Source: an uncultured Desulfovibrionaceae bacterium (GTDB taxonomy: Bacteria; Desulfobacterota; Desulfovibrionia; Desulfovibrionales; Desulfovibrionaceae). From it: DNA of 64,000 nucleotides. Under the pieces are notes generated by a model. It was not told the DNA's origin, searched no databases, and saw only the letters and a program-made list of their open reading frames with translations. Positions 44,197 through 53,759 of the stretch are shown one piece after another. The DNA is taken from contig CAYVWB010000010.1 in the NCBI GenBank assembly GCA_964455395.1, forward strand, positions 13,731-77,730. Reading direction: 5' to 3'. Position numbers and translations under genes: made by a program. Numbering within the stretch: position 1 is the stretch's first letter; each line of letters opens with the position of its first letter.

Positions 44197-46361
44197 TGGG
44201 CGTCGGCATCAATTCCCTGCTGGACATGGGCAAGTGGGCTCTCTTCGGGACCCAGGCCGCCATCCAGACCACGGGTAACAACATCGCCAACGTGCACACG
44301 GAGGGGTATTCCCGCCGCTCCGTGCGTTTCGAGGAGAATTTCTCCATCGACACGCGGCCGGGCCAGATAGGCACGGGCGTGCGCGCCGCCGAGGTGTTGC
44401 GGCACTTCGATGAGTTCATCGAGACCCAGTATCTGGAAAAGCATGCGGACGAGTCCCGCTACGAAGCGCTGTCGAGCAACCTCTCCAGCATCAACAGTCT
44501 CATCAGCGAAGCCAACACGGACGGTTTGCACGACTCCATCGATCAGTTCTTCCGCGACTGGCAGGACATGACCCAGCGGCCCGAGGACTATTCCTCCCGC
44601 GAGACCCTGCTGGCGGACACGGAAAAGCTCGTGAGCCTCTTCCGCAACATGGACGAGGACTTCCAGCTTTTGCAGGATCAGGCTGGCGACGTCATCCGTC
44701 AGCAAGTGGAGGACGTCAACGACATCCTGTACAAAATCGCGGATGTCAACAAGCGCATCAACGCGCACGACAATCCCGGCGTGAACAACGCCAACGCTCT
44801 CTACGACGAGCGCGACCAGCTGTTGCGCGACCTCTCCGGCTACATGGACATCAACATCGCCAACCGCGGCGGCGAGTTCAACGACCCCACCCGTGTGGAG
44901 TTCGGCACAGGCGCGGACTACGCCATCACCACCAAAGCCGGGCATCTGCTCGTGCAAGGGGTAGAGTTCAACGAGATCACCTACGAGGGCCCCCAGTCCG
45001 ACGCCAAGCTCATCCCTTCTTCCAACTTCGATGGGGAGATCCAGTTCTCCGGCAGCGACGACTTCGAATACACCGTGGAAGTGATCCGCGGCGGCCAGGT
45101 CTCCAACGCTTCCGGGCCCGGCACGGCGCAGTTCCGCGTCTCCCTGGACGGCGGCTTCACGTGGCTGAAGGACACCAACGGCGAGGAGCAGGTCTTTTTC
45201 GCCGGGCCGCAGCAATCGCGCATCGGCGCAGGCGATCTGGAGATATGGTTCGAAGGCGCCACCCAGAACCTCGAAGTGGGCGACACCTTTTCCATCATGC
45301 CCCGCGATGGCATCTACTGGTACCAGAACACCTCCAGCAAGCTCAACATCACCCCCCAGATCCGCGGCGACGGCTCCGACGATCCCAAGCGTCTGGTGGG
45401 CGGCTCCCTGACGGCGCTTTCCAACTTCTCCGGTCCTGTGGTGGGGACCTACCGCGACCAGATGGACGCCATGGTCAAGAGCATGGTCTGGGCTGTGAAC
45501 CGCCAGCACAGCCAGGGCGCGGGCTTGAGCTTCCAGTCTCAGGCGCAGGGGTCCTACCAGGTCAACGACCCCACCATCGCCTTGGGGGACGATGCTTCCG
45601 GCTTGCCCATGAGCACGTTTCTGGAAGACGGCGCCGGCAACATGAGCCTCTATTTCTTCGATGAAGACACCGGCGACGCCGTGCTGGATGGCGGCGGGCA
45701 GCCCGTGGGCGGGCCGCTCACCTTCCCTGGCGGCAACTTCGATCCCGCCACGGATTCCTTGCAGGATGTGGTGGACGCCATCAACACCACCTACAGCCCG
45801 GCGTACATGACAGCGGACATCGTCAACAATCGGATTCGTCTCACTGCTGCGGACGGCGTGGAGTTCGCGTTCGGCTCGGACTCCACAGGCGTGTGGGCCG
45901 CGCTGGGTGTGAACACGTATTTCACCGGCAGCAAGATGAACGATATCGCCATCAAAGACGACATCGTGGCCAACACGGACCGCATCAACGCAAGCCATGT
46001 CAACGGCGCCTACGAAGTGAACCGTGGAGACAACACCACGGCCTTGGCCATTGCAGCCATCGCGGACACGGACCTCACCATCGTCAGCGCGTTCGGCGTC
46101 TCCAACAAGCAGACCATTGGTGAATACTACGCCACCACCATGGCGCGCGTGGGCGCAGACGCCGCCACCGCGGAGTTCAACTACACCTACAACAAGACCC
46201 TTGCGGACGACCTCGCCGAACGCCAGAACCAGGTGGCTGGCGTGAACCTGGACGAGGAGATGTCCAACCTCATCAAATTCCAGAATTCCTACCGCGCAGC
46301 AGCCAAGCTCATCACCACGGCGGACCAGATGCTGCAAACCGTGCTCGGACTCAAGCAATAG
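44196..46361 (+). CDS. flgK: flagellar hook-associated protein 1 FlgK
   Basis: N-terminus LFGTQAAIQTTGNNIANVHTEGYSRRSV and C-terminus MSNLIKFQNSYRAAAKLITTADQMLQTVL. Confidence 0.85.
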   Translation: MGVGINSLLDMGKWALFGTQAAIQTTGNNIANVHTEGYSRRSVRFEENFSIDTRPGQIGTGVRAAEVLRHFDEFIETQYLEKHADESRYEALSSNLSSINSLISEANTDGLHDSIDQFFRDWQDMTQRPEDYSSRETLLADTEKLVSLFRNMDEDFQLLQDQAGDVIRQQVEDVNDILYKIADVNKRINAHDNPGVNNANALYDERDQLLRDLSGYMDINIANRGGEFNDPTRVEFGTGADYAITTKAGHLLVQGVEFNEITYEGPQSDAKLIPSSNFDGEIQFSGSDDFEYTVEVIRGGQVSNASGPGTAQFRVSLDGGFTWLKDTNGEEQVFFAGPQQSRIGAGDLEIWFEGATQNLEVGDTFSIMPRDGIYWYQNTSSKLNITPQIRGDGSDDPKRLVGGSLTALSNFSGPVVGTYRDQMDAMVKSMVWAVNRQHSQGAGLSFQSQAQGSYQVNDPTIALGDDASGLPMSTFLEDGAGNMSLYFFDEDTGDAVLDGGGQPVGGPLTFPGGNFDPATDSLQDVVDAINTTYSPAYMTADIVNNRIRLTAADGVEFAFGSDSTGVWAALGVNTYFTGSKMNDIAIKDDIVANTDRINASHVNGAYEVNRGDNTTALAIAAIADTDLTIVSAFGVSNKQTIGEYYATTMARVGADAATAEFNYTYNKTLADDLAERQNQVAGVNLDEEMSNLIKFQNSYRAAAKLITTADQMLQTVLGLKQ

Positions 46362-46387
46362 GCCCAGAAGCCTGAAGGAGGCCCGCC

Positions 46388-47884
46388 ATGACGTTCATGC
46401 GCGTGTCCCAGAACATTCTCTTCGACAATTTCATCCGCAACATGAACAGCTCCCTTTCGGAGCTCATGGAGCTGAATATTCAGGCTTCCAGCCAGAAGCG
46501 GATCAACAAGCCTTCCGACGACCCCTCCGGCACGGCCATCGTCATGGACTACCGTCGGGAGCTCTCCGAGATCGACCAGTTCCAGGAGAACATCTCCACG
46601 GCGCGCGGCTGGCTGAGCCAGCAAGACGAGACCCTCATCCAGGTCAACACCGTCATCACCCGCTGCAAGGAGCTCGCCGAGCAAGCTGCATCCGGCACGT
46701 ACGACAAGGACAACCGCGAGCAGATTTCCTTCGAGATGCGTCAGCTCTTCCAGCAGCTCGTGTCGCTCTCCAATACCGAATACGAGGGCAAGCACGTCTT
46801 CGCCGGTCACAAGACCGAGCAAACCGCCTTCGTGCAAGGCCTCGCCGCCACCACGGCGGGCGTCACCCCCCCGGACGCGGAGTTCTACGTGGAAGGCGAC
46901 CTGGGTCGCACGGCGCTCGTCCAGTTCCTCGACGACGGCAGCCTGCCCAGCCCCGGCGTCCCCTTGGACTACCGCTTCTCCTTCGACGGCGGCGAGACTT
47001 GGTCCACAGGCCAGACCAGCAACACCGCCTTCGACGTGGGGGGCGCGCGCGTCACCCTCGTCTCCAGCGGCGCGACCTTCTCCGCCGTGGATCCCGACAA
47101 CCAGAGCTCTTCCGTGAGCAATGGCACATGGATGTGGATTCGACCCACAGCCATCTATCAAGGCGACGATGAAGACACCATCCAGGTGGACTCCTACGGC
47201 GCCACCACCGCCACTGCAGACGGCGTCTTCAAGGAAAACATCTACGTCCGTATCGACCAGGACGCGCCCAACCTGGAGTATTCCTTCAGCCAGGACCGCG
47301 GCTTGACCTGGGTGACAGGCAACACCACCACCGCGCCGCCCAACGTGCTGGCTGTGCCCGGGGGCGTGCTCACGGCCAGCGCCGTGCCCTCCGCTGGGGA
47401 GCAGTTCGTCATCCGGCCCAACCGCGCTTCCCTGGAGCTGGACATCGCCCCCAACGAACGCATCGGCATCAACTCCGTGGGCAAGGACATCTTCGGCGGC
47501 ATCTACTACGAACCCTTCGCGAACTCGCCCACCACGGTCTTCGACGGCGCCGGCAAGAACCTCTTCGAGACCGTGGGCAAGCTCGTGGGGTACATGGAGA
47601 CGAACAACCAAAGCGGCATCCAGGAAGGTCTGGAAGACCTGCGCGAAGCCAGCGAACACATGCTGACCCAAGCCGCCCGGGTGGGCGGCAAGGAAAATCG
47701 TCTGGATGTGGCGGAGCATATCCTCCAAGGGTTGGAGCTCAACCGCAAGGAACGGGTGAGCGACATCGAGGACGTGGACGTGAGCGAACTCATGACCAAG
47801 CTCGCTCAGCAGCAGATCGTCTACGAGAGCGTGCTCAAGAGCTCCTCCACCATCATGCGCATGAGCCTCGTCAACTACATCTGA
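46388..47884 (+). CDS. flgL: flagellar hook-associated protein 3 FlgL
   Basis: Flagellin-like N-terminus ([17 protein letters not shown]) and C-terminus ([32 protein letters not shown]). It follows flgK. Confidence 0.8.
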   Translation: MTFMRVSQNILFDNFIRNMNSSLSELMELNIQASSQKRINKPSDDPSGTAIVMDYRRELSEIDQFQENISTARGWLSQQDETLIQVNTVITRCKELAEQAASGTYDKDNREQISFEMRQLFQQLVSLSNTEYEGKHVFAGHKTEQTAFVQGLAATTAGVTPPDAEFYVEGDLGRTALVQFLDDGSLPSPGVPLDYRFSFDGGETWSTGQTSNTAFDVGGARVTLVSSGATFSAVDPDNQSSSVSNGTWMWIRPTAIYQGDDEDTIQVDSYGATTATADGVFKENIYVRIDQDAPNLEYSFSQDRGLTWVTGNTTTAPPNVLAVPGGVLTASAVPSAGEQFVIRPNRASLELDIAPNERIGINSVGKDIFGGIYYEPFANSPTTVFDGAGKNLFETVGKLVGYMETNNQSGIQEGLEDLREASEHMLTQAARVGGKENRLDVAEHILQGLELNRKERVSDIEDVDVSELMTKLAQQQIVYESVLKSSSTIMRMSLVNYI

Positions 47885-48051
47885 GGCGGCGGCTTGTCCG
47901 TGGCGGCGTGAGCCCTGTGCGCGCAACCCGGACCGATGCGTGGAATATCCCTTTACGCCGCGCTCGTGTTGTGGAATGTAGACTCTCTACGCGGCGCAGG
48001 GGCGGCCCCTGCGCGCTGGCGTCACCGTTCGGCAAGGATCGTGGAGTAGGC

Positions 48052-48294
48052 ATGCTCATCCTCACCCGCCGCCCCGGCGAAAGTCTCTACCTCGGCGACG
48101 ACATCAAGGTCACCGTCCTCGGCGTCCAAGGCAAGCAGATCAAGCTGGGCCTGGAAGTCCCCCGGGAGATGACGGTCTATCGCGAGGAAGTCTACAGGCG
48201 GGTGCAAGAGCAGAACGCGGACGCCTTGGACACCAACCAGGAAGACGTGCAGGCGGTGGCGGCCCTATGGCGCGGCAAGGCACACAAGTCATAG
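48052..48294 (+). CDS. csrA: carbon storage regulator CsrA
   Basis: [48 protein letters not shown] is a near-canonical CsrA sequence. Confidence 0.92.
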   Translation: MLILTRRPGESLYLGDDIKVTVLGVQGKQIKLGLEVPREMTVYREEVYRRVQEQNADALDTNQEDVQAVAALWRGKAHKS

Positions 48295-48791
48295 AGACAC
48301 GGCTTGGCGAACGGGAGGTGCGGCTGGACAAGGTGCTCACCTTCCCGCGCGGCCTCATCGGATTCGAACGCATCCACGAGTTCATCCTGCTCCAACTGGA
48401 GGAGGACTCGCCGTTCCTCATGCTGCAAGCCTTCCAGCAACCCACCGTGGGCCTGCTTGTGGCGGATCCCTTCAGCTTCACCACGGACTACGACGTGAAG
48501 CTGACCCAGGCGGAAAAGGCGCTCATCCAGCTGGAGAACCTCGCGGACGCCGCCATCCTCGTCACTGTCTCCATCCCGCCGGGACAGCCGGAGCGCACGG
48601 CGCTGAACCTCATGGGCCCCATCTGCGTGAACAACGCCTCCCAGCTCGGCGTGCAGGCGCCGCAGGTGGACGCCGCCTATCCCTCCAAGGTCTACATCCA
48701 GGACCTCTTCGCCCAAGACGCCCAGAGCGAGCAGAAGGCCCCGGGGACGCAGCCCGACGGGGACGCTCCGGACACGCCCGACGCTCCGTAA
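48267..48791 (+). CDS. fliW: flagellar assembly factor FliW
   Basis: [31 protein letters not shown]...LLVADPFSF is FliW-like. It overlaps the csrA 3' end by 28 nt. Confidence 0.85.
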   Translation: MARQGTQVIETRLGEREVRLDKVLTFPRGLIGFERIHEFILLQLEEDSPFLMLQAFQQPTVGLLVADPFSFTTDYDVKLTQAEKALIQLENLADAAILVTVSIPPGQPERTALNLMGPICVNNASQLGVQAPQVDAAYPSKVYIQDLFAQDAQSEQKAPGTQPDGDAPDTPDAP

Positions 48792-48971
48792 GCGCCAGGG
48801 GCTGGAGACGGCTTCTCCTGAATCCCTTGAATTCCGAGATTTTCCGGACTACGGGGATGACACGGCAGCTTCAACGCCTGTCTGCACACATCGCCGTGGC
48901 CTGTCCCGGGCCCCCTCGATCGGGGCGTCTTCACCATACAGTCAAGACGAACCGCAGAGCCCCCGTCCATC

Positions 48972-49006
48972 AAAAAAAACGCCGCAGGCGCGAACCCTGC
49001 GGCGTT
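48972..49006 (-). terminator. intrinsic terminator after the serine hydrolase gene (may also stop fliW transcription)
   Basis: The minus strand reads AACGCCGCAGG-GTTCGCG-CCTGCGGCGTT followed by a T run (the plus-strand A run at 48972-48979, which overlaps the first two stem nt). Confidence 0.65.
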
Positions 49007-49036
49007 GTGGCGTCAGCTGTCGGGAGGGGCGTCCCC

Positions 49037-50125
49037 TCACGGCGCGGCGGCCATGTGCTCGCTCACCTTGCGCGTGAGGCGGGGGATGAACGTCCCGGCC
49101 TGACGAGGCACGCCCTTGCCCGTGAGCAGAGTGACCAGCGCGAAGGTCTCGCCGGTGGGCAGTACGATGATCCCAGCGTCGTGGAACGTGTCGCTGGTGG
49201 TGCCCGTCTTGGAGTAGACCGAGGCGCCCGGAGGCGCTCCCCCGGCGATGCGGCGTTTCTGATACGCCTGCTGGTTCACGTCGCGCGCCATGAGGCGGCG
49301 CATGGCTTGGCAGCTTTCGGGTGTGGCCAGCTTGTCCTGCGCGAGCAGTTGGAGGAACCGCGCCGCGGCAAGGGCTGTCATGGCGTTGCGGTTGGTCCAG
49401 GGGCCGCCGAAGGCGCCGTCGCTGAGGAACTGGCGTTCGCCGTGGGGGATGGTTCCGCCCCAGGTCTTCTGGTTGGCGTTCACGTCCTCGATGGCGAGGG
49501 GGCCTTGCAGCCACCGGTTGCAGGCGTTGCGTTTCTGCGCGAACTCCTGGAACTTCTGGTCGTCCATGAGGGCGTCGTGCCGCACGCCGCTCCAGAGGTC
49601 AACAATCTTGCCGGTGGCCACGTTGGAGGAAGGTCGGATCATCTGCAGCAGCAGGTCTTCGATGGCGGGGGTCAGGGTCAGCTCGCCTTGTTCGGCGAGG
49701 TGATAGACGTAAGCCATGTAGTACATCTTGATGACGCTGGCGGGGTAGACGGAGATGTCGCCGCGGAAGTGCGCGCTGGAAGGATGGGCCTTGTCGCGCA
49801 GGTCCAGAAGCGCGATGTGGATCTGGGATTCTTCCAGACCGCCGCGTTCTTCGGCCAGGGTCTCGCGCACCATGCGGGTGAGCGCGGCTTGCAGCTCCGG
49901 GTCGGGGCGGGGCTCCGGCGCCAGGGCCAAGGCCTGCGCCGGGTCGGCGAGCGCCTTGGCGTCAACGGAATCATCGGAAGCCGTGGCGTCCGCAGACTGC
50001 GATGGCGCAGTGGGTGGAACCGTGGCCGGCGCGGCGCGCAGGGGCTGGGGGGCAAGCCAGCAGGCGGCCAGGAGCACAGCCGCAGCCAGAACGCAGAGGG
50101 TGGGGCGTGAGATGGAATGCTTCAT
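49037..50125 (-). CDS. secreted class A beta-lactamase-fold serine hydrolase
   Basis: Signal peptide, plus SxxK (SVIK), SxN (SSN) and KTG (SKTG) motifs in the correct order. Confidence 0.7.
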   Translation of the reverse strand: MKHSISRPTLCVLAAAVLLAACWLAPQPLRAAPATVPPTAPSQSADATASDDSVDAKALADPAQALALAPEPRPDPELQAALTRMVRETLAEERGGLEESQIHIALLDLRDKAHPSSAHFRGDISVYPASVIKMYYMAYVYHLAEQGELTLTPAIEDLLLQMIRPSSNVATGKIVDLWSGVRHDALMDDQKFQEFAQKRNACNRWLQGPLAIEDVNANQKTWGGTIPHGERQFLSDGAFGGPWTNRNAMTALAAARFLQLLAQDKLATPESCQAMRRLMARDVNQQAYQKRRIAGGAPPGASVYSKTGTTSDTFHDAGIIVLPTGETFALVTLLTGKGVPRQAGTFIPRLTRKVSEHMAAAP

Positions 50126-50262
50126 GGGTCGGGAGAATAAGCACCCTTCCGGAAAAGGGAAGGGGCAGTCGGCTGGAATGCCGTGAACGGCTGCGTCCCG
50201 GCGTGCAGCAGGGATGTGTCGGTTCCTCTAGACCCGACGCGCAGGGGCCCTTCCGGGAGGGC

Positions 50263-51237
50263 TCATCCCTTGCCCAGCAGCCGCGCCATGATGCTGAAGA
50301 TGGAGGGCCGGTGGGTCTGAGCCGTGCTGGCGCTGGTCGTCGTCGCGTGCGGGTCCGGCTCGATGGCGACATCCAGGATGACGAGGCAGATATTGTCTTC
50401 TCCGCCGCGTTCGTTGGCCAAGGCCACCAGTTTTTCGCAGGCGGTCTTGGGGTCGTGGGTGGCCAGGTAGGGTGCGAGTTCTTCGGGGTCCACCTTGTTG
50501 GAGAGCCCGTCCGTGCAAAGAAGGAGCGCGTCGCCGTGTCGCAAGGCGAACTCGTCCATGTGCACTTTGATCCTGGGGGCCACGCCCACGGCGCGGGTCA
50601 GCACGTGGCGGTAGCGGCGGTCCAGCGGGGGGGAATTGATGTCCAGTTCCCCGGAAGCGATGCGTTGCGCATGCTCGGCTTCCACGGTGTGGGTCACGGA
50701 GAGCTGGGTGATGTCGCCTTCGCGCATGAGATAGATGGGGCTGTCGCCCACGTTGGCGATGGAGGCGATGCCCTCATGCACCAGCACGGCGGCCACGGTG
50801 GAGCCCATGCCTTTGAGTTTGCGGTGCTTGACGGCGCGGTCGTAGACGGCTCGGTTGGCGAGCCGGACGCCGCCTTGGAGGATGGCGCCGTAGCGGGAGA
50901 GCTTGAGGCCCTCGCCCTCCGGGCCATCCGCAGCTGTGGTGAGGGGGGGCTCATTGGGGTCGGGGGCGGGAGCGTCCTTGGCGAGGTAGCGCGCCAGGGT
51001 GTTCTTCAGCGATTCCACCACGAGTGTGCTGGCGACGCCGCCGCCTTGGCGGCCGCCCATGCCGTCGGCGACGACGAAGAGCCCCATGTCCTCGGCGATG
51101 CCGTAGGAGTCCTGGTTCGTGTCGCGGCGCATGCCGATATGGGTGAGGCCTGCGGCGTTGATGTGCACGACGTCAGCCAATGGTGGTGTCCTTGAAACGG
51201 TTGCGGATTCGCGGGATCGGCGAGACGCCGCCGCCAT
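50263..51237 (-). CDS. PP2C-family Ser/Thr protein phosphatase
   Basis: GLTHIGMRRDTNQDSY, FVVADGMGG and LLLCTDGLS are PP2C metal-binding motifs. Confidence 0.8.
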   Translation of the reverse strand: MAAASRRSRESATVSRTPPLADVVHINAAGLTHIGMRRDTNQDSYGIAEDMGLFVVADGMGGRQGGGVASTLVVESLKNTLARYLAKDAPAPDPNEPPLTTAADGPEGEGLKLSRYGAILQGGVRLANRAVYDRAVKHRKLKGMGSTVAAVLVHEGIASIANVGDSPIYLMREGDITQLSVTHTVEAEHAQRIASGELDINSPPLDRRYRHVLTRAVGVAPRIKVHMDEFALRHGDALLLCTDGLSNKVDPEELAPYLATHDPKTACEKLVALANERGGEDNICLVILDVAIEPDPHATTTSASTAQTHRPSIFSIMARLLGKG

Positions 51238-51431
51238 GGTCGCATCAGCAATTCCATAAATGGTTGAAAATCCCTACACCAATTAAGAATTCATGACAAG
51301 GTGGGGCGTTTGTGAAGACACAGGCCGCCTTAGGCCTTTTTCCTGATCCCATGGCATGCTATGTAGGGGGAGCGAAGGCGTTTTCGCCGGGTCATTTCTC
51401 TTCCCATCACCGACGCAGGAGTCCAGGCGCC

Positions 51432-53051
51432 ATGGCTCAAAAGAACCAGACGAAGCAGGCGGAAGGCCGCACCAAAAAGCAGGAACGCGATCACGAGCAG
51501 CTCGTGGAGTACCTCTCAGAGCAGCTCAAGGTGGAGAAATACGACCCCGCCAAACACAAGCGGGACGCGGACGCGCAGGCTTTCGCCCCGGGGGACCTGG
51601 CGCAGGAGCTGCGCTTCGTGCCCCTCTTCAAGCGCGACAACCTGCTCTACATCGCCTCTGCGGACCCCAGCGACATCACTGCGCTGGACACCATCCAGGC
51701 CAAGACCGGCATGGACATCGAGCCCCTCATCTGCTCGGACCAAGCGCTCAACTCCCTGGCGCAGGAAGTCTACGGCATGAACTTCGACATCAAAGAGATG
51801 TTGACGGACATGGAAGGCGAGGACTTCGCCCAGAGCGACGAAGAGGAGCGCGAGACGGACATCAACCTCGGCTCCGTGGCGGACATGGCGCAGGAAGCGC
51901 CGGTCATCCGCATGGTCAACTCCATCCTCAAGCAAGCCGTGCGCGATGGCGCAAGCGACATCCACATCAGTCCGGAGAAGGACCGCATCCAGCTGCGTTT
52001 CCGCGTGGACGGCGAACTGCAAGAAATCCCCGCGCCGCCCAAGTCCTACTTCTTTCCGCTCATTTCACGGCTCAAGCTGTTGGGAAACATGGATATCTCC
52101 GTGACGCGCGCCCCCCAGGACGGCCGCTTCACCTTCCGCTCCGAAGGCCAGGAGGTGAGCGTGCGGGCTTCCAGCTTGCCCACCATCTACGGGGAGAACA
52201 TGGTCCTGCGGCTGCTCAAGCAATCCAAGAAACCGCTGGAGCTTGCCGACCTGGGCTTGAGTGAAATGCAGGAGAAGCTCTTCCGGGAAGCGTCCAAGAA
52301 ACCATACGGCATGGTGCTCGCCACCGGCCCCACAGGCAGCGGTAAATCCACGCTGCTGTATGCGCTTCTGCGACACGTGAACAAGCCCAACATCAACATC
52401 ATCACGCTTGAGGACCCGGTGGAGTACCGCCAGGCAGGCATCCGCCAGGTGCAGCTCAACCGGAAAGCCGGCATGACTTTCGCCTCGGGCTTGCGCGCCA
52501 TCCTGCGGCAGGACCCCAACGTCATCATGGTGGGTGAGATTCGTGACGGCGAGACAGCCGCCATCGCCGTGGAAAGCGCGCTCACAGGGCACTTGGTGCT
52601 TTCCACGTTACACACCAACACGGCGGCGGGCGCTGTCTCCCGTTTCGTGGAGATGGGGGTGGAGCCCTTCCTCATCGCCTCCACGCTGCTGGTGGTGGGC
52701 GCGCAGCGGCTGGTGCGGCGCATCTGTCGCCATTGCATGGAATCCTACGAAGCGCCGGTGGAAGCCATGGAAGCGCTGGGGCTGGAGCCCATCGAAGGAG
52801 CGCGTTTCCTGCGGGGCAAAGGCTGCTACCAGTGCAACAACTCGGGCTTCAGCGGTCGTGTGGGCTTGTACGAAGCGCTTTCCATCACGGACGACGTGAA
52901 GGATTTGATCGTCAAGGGGGCCTCCACCCACGAGATCGAGAACGAAGCCGTGAAGCGGGGCATTCTGCGCACTTTGAAGATGGACGCAGCGGACAAAGTG
53001 CTCAAGGGGTACACCACGCTGGAGGAAGCAGCCTCCGCTGTGCTGGTGTAA
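51432..53051 (+). CDS. GspE/PilB-family secretion ATPase
   Basis: Start MAQKNQTKQ after the SD AGGAG. An N-terminal T2SE_N-like domain is present. Walker A is GPTGSGKST and Walker B is IIMVGEIRD. A tetra-Cys Zn site is present (CRHC...CYQC). Confidence 0.85.
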   Translation: MAQKNQTKQAEGRTKKQERDHEQLVEYLSEQLKVEKYDPAKHKRDADAQAFAPGDLAQELRFVPLFKRDNLLYIASADPSDITALDTIQAKTGMDIEPLICSDQALNSLAQEVYGMNFDIKEMLTDMEGEDFAQSDEEERETDINLGSVADMAQEAPVIRMVNSILKQAVRDGASDIHISPEKDRIQLRFRVDGELQEIPAPPKSYFFPLISRLKLLGNMDISVTRAPQDGRFTFRSEGQEVSVRASSLPTIYGENMVLRLLKQSKKPLELADLGLSEMQEKLFREASKKPYGMVLATGPTGSGKSTLLYALLRHVNKPNINIITLEDPVEYRQAGIRQVQLNRKAGMTFASGLRAILRQDPNVIMVGEIRDGETAAIAVESALTGHLVLSTLHTNTAAGAVSRFVEMGVEPFLIASTLLVVGAQRLVRRICRHCMESYEAPVEAMEALGLEPIEGARFLRGKGCYQCNNSGFSGRVGLYEALSITDDVKDLIVKGASTHEIENEAVKRGILRTLKMDAADKVLKGYTTLEEAASAVLV

Positions 53052-53060
53052 GAAACGGAG

Positions 53061-53094
53061 GAAGCCGCCGACCGGGGTGTCCGGCGGCGGCTTC
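53061..53094. terminator. GC-rich hairpin between convergent genes (pilB-like / pal)
   Basis: GAAGCCGCCGACCGG-GGTGT-CCGGCGGCGGCTTC forms a near-perfect stem. No U tract follows on either strand. Confidence 0.4.
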
Positions 53095-53120
53095 ACGATC
53101 GAACGTACGAAATTCGCAGC

Positions 53121-53630
53121 TTACCAGACGGCTTTGAACTCGCAACGGCGGTTCTGAGCCCACGCGTTCTCATTGCTGCCGAGCACGGCGGGGCGCTCTT
53201 CACCGTAGCTCACGGTCTCCAGCTGGGTGGGGCCCACCCCGAGCATGGCGAGATACTTGGCTGCCGCCATGGCCCGGCGTTCACCCAAGGCCAGGTTGTA
53301 CTCCTGCGTGCCGCGCTCATCACAGTGGCCTTCCACCAGCACTTTCAGCTCCGGCTTGGAGCGGATGAGCTGCGCCTTGCGGTCCAGCACGGCCCGCGCT
53401 TCGGGGGAGAGGTCGTAGCGGTCGAAGCCGAAGTAGATCTTTTCGCCCAGCACGATACGCTCGGATTCGGTGAGCTCCCCGGCCACGATCTGGCTGGGGT
53501 TCATGCCGTCCATGCCGGAGCCGGGGCCATCGGCTCCCACATTCTTCTTGGCGCAGCCGAATGCTGCCGCCAGGCACACCAACAGCGCCAGCAGGGTCAG
53601 TTGCTTGATGCGCATGTCCATCCTCCTCAC
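53121..53630 (-). CDS. pal: peptidoglycan-associated lipoprotein Pal (OmpA-like)
   Basis: Lipobox LAAAFGC and an OmpA-like C-terminal domain (IYFGFDRYDL, VEGHCDERGTQEYNLALGERRA). Confidence 0.9.
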   Translation of the reverse strand: MRRMDMRIKQLTLLALLVCLAAAFGCAKKNVGADGPGSGMDGMNPSQIVAGELTESERIVLGEKIYFGFDRYDLSPEARAVLDRKAQLIRSKPELKVLVEGHCDERGTQEYNLALGERRAMAAAKYLAMLGVGPTQLETVSYGEERPAVLGSNENAWAQNRRCEFKAVW

Positions 53631-53759
53631 ACAGTTGTTGCGTGTGTTGGTTGCGGTCGGCGAGATGACCGACCGCGGGTTGTTGCTCTATCGCCGTTCC
53701 TGGAAGAGGTCAAGCCTCTCCTGGGGTAGCGCCAACTATTCCAGCGGTTTAGTCCGTCG

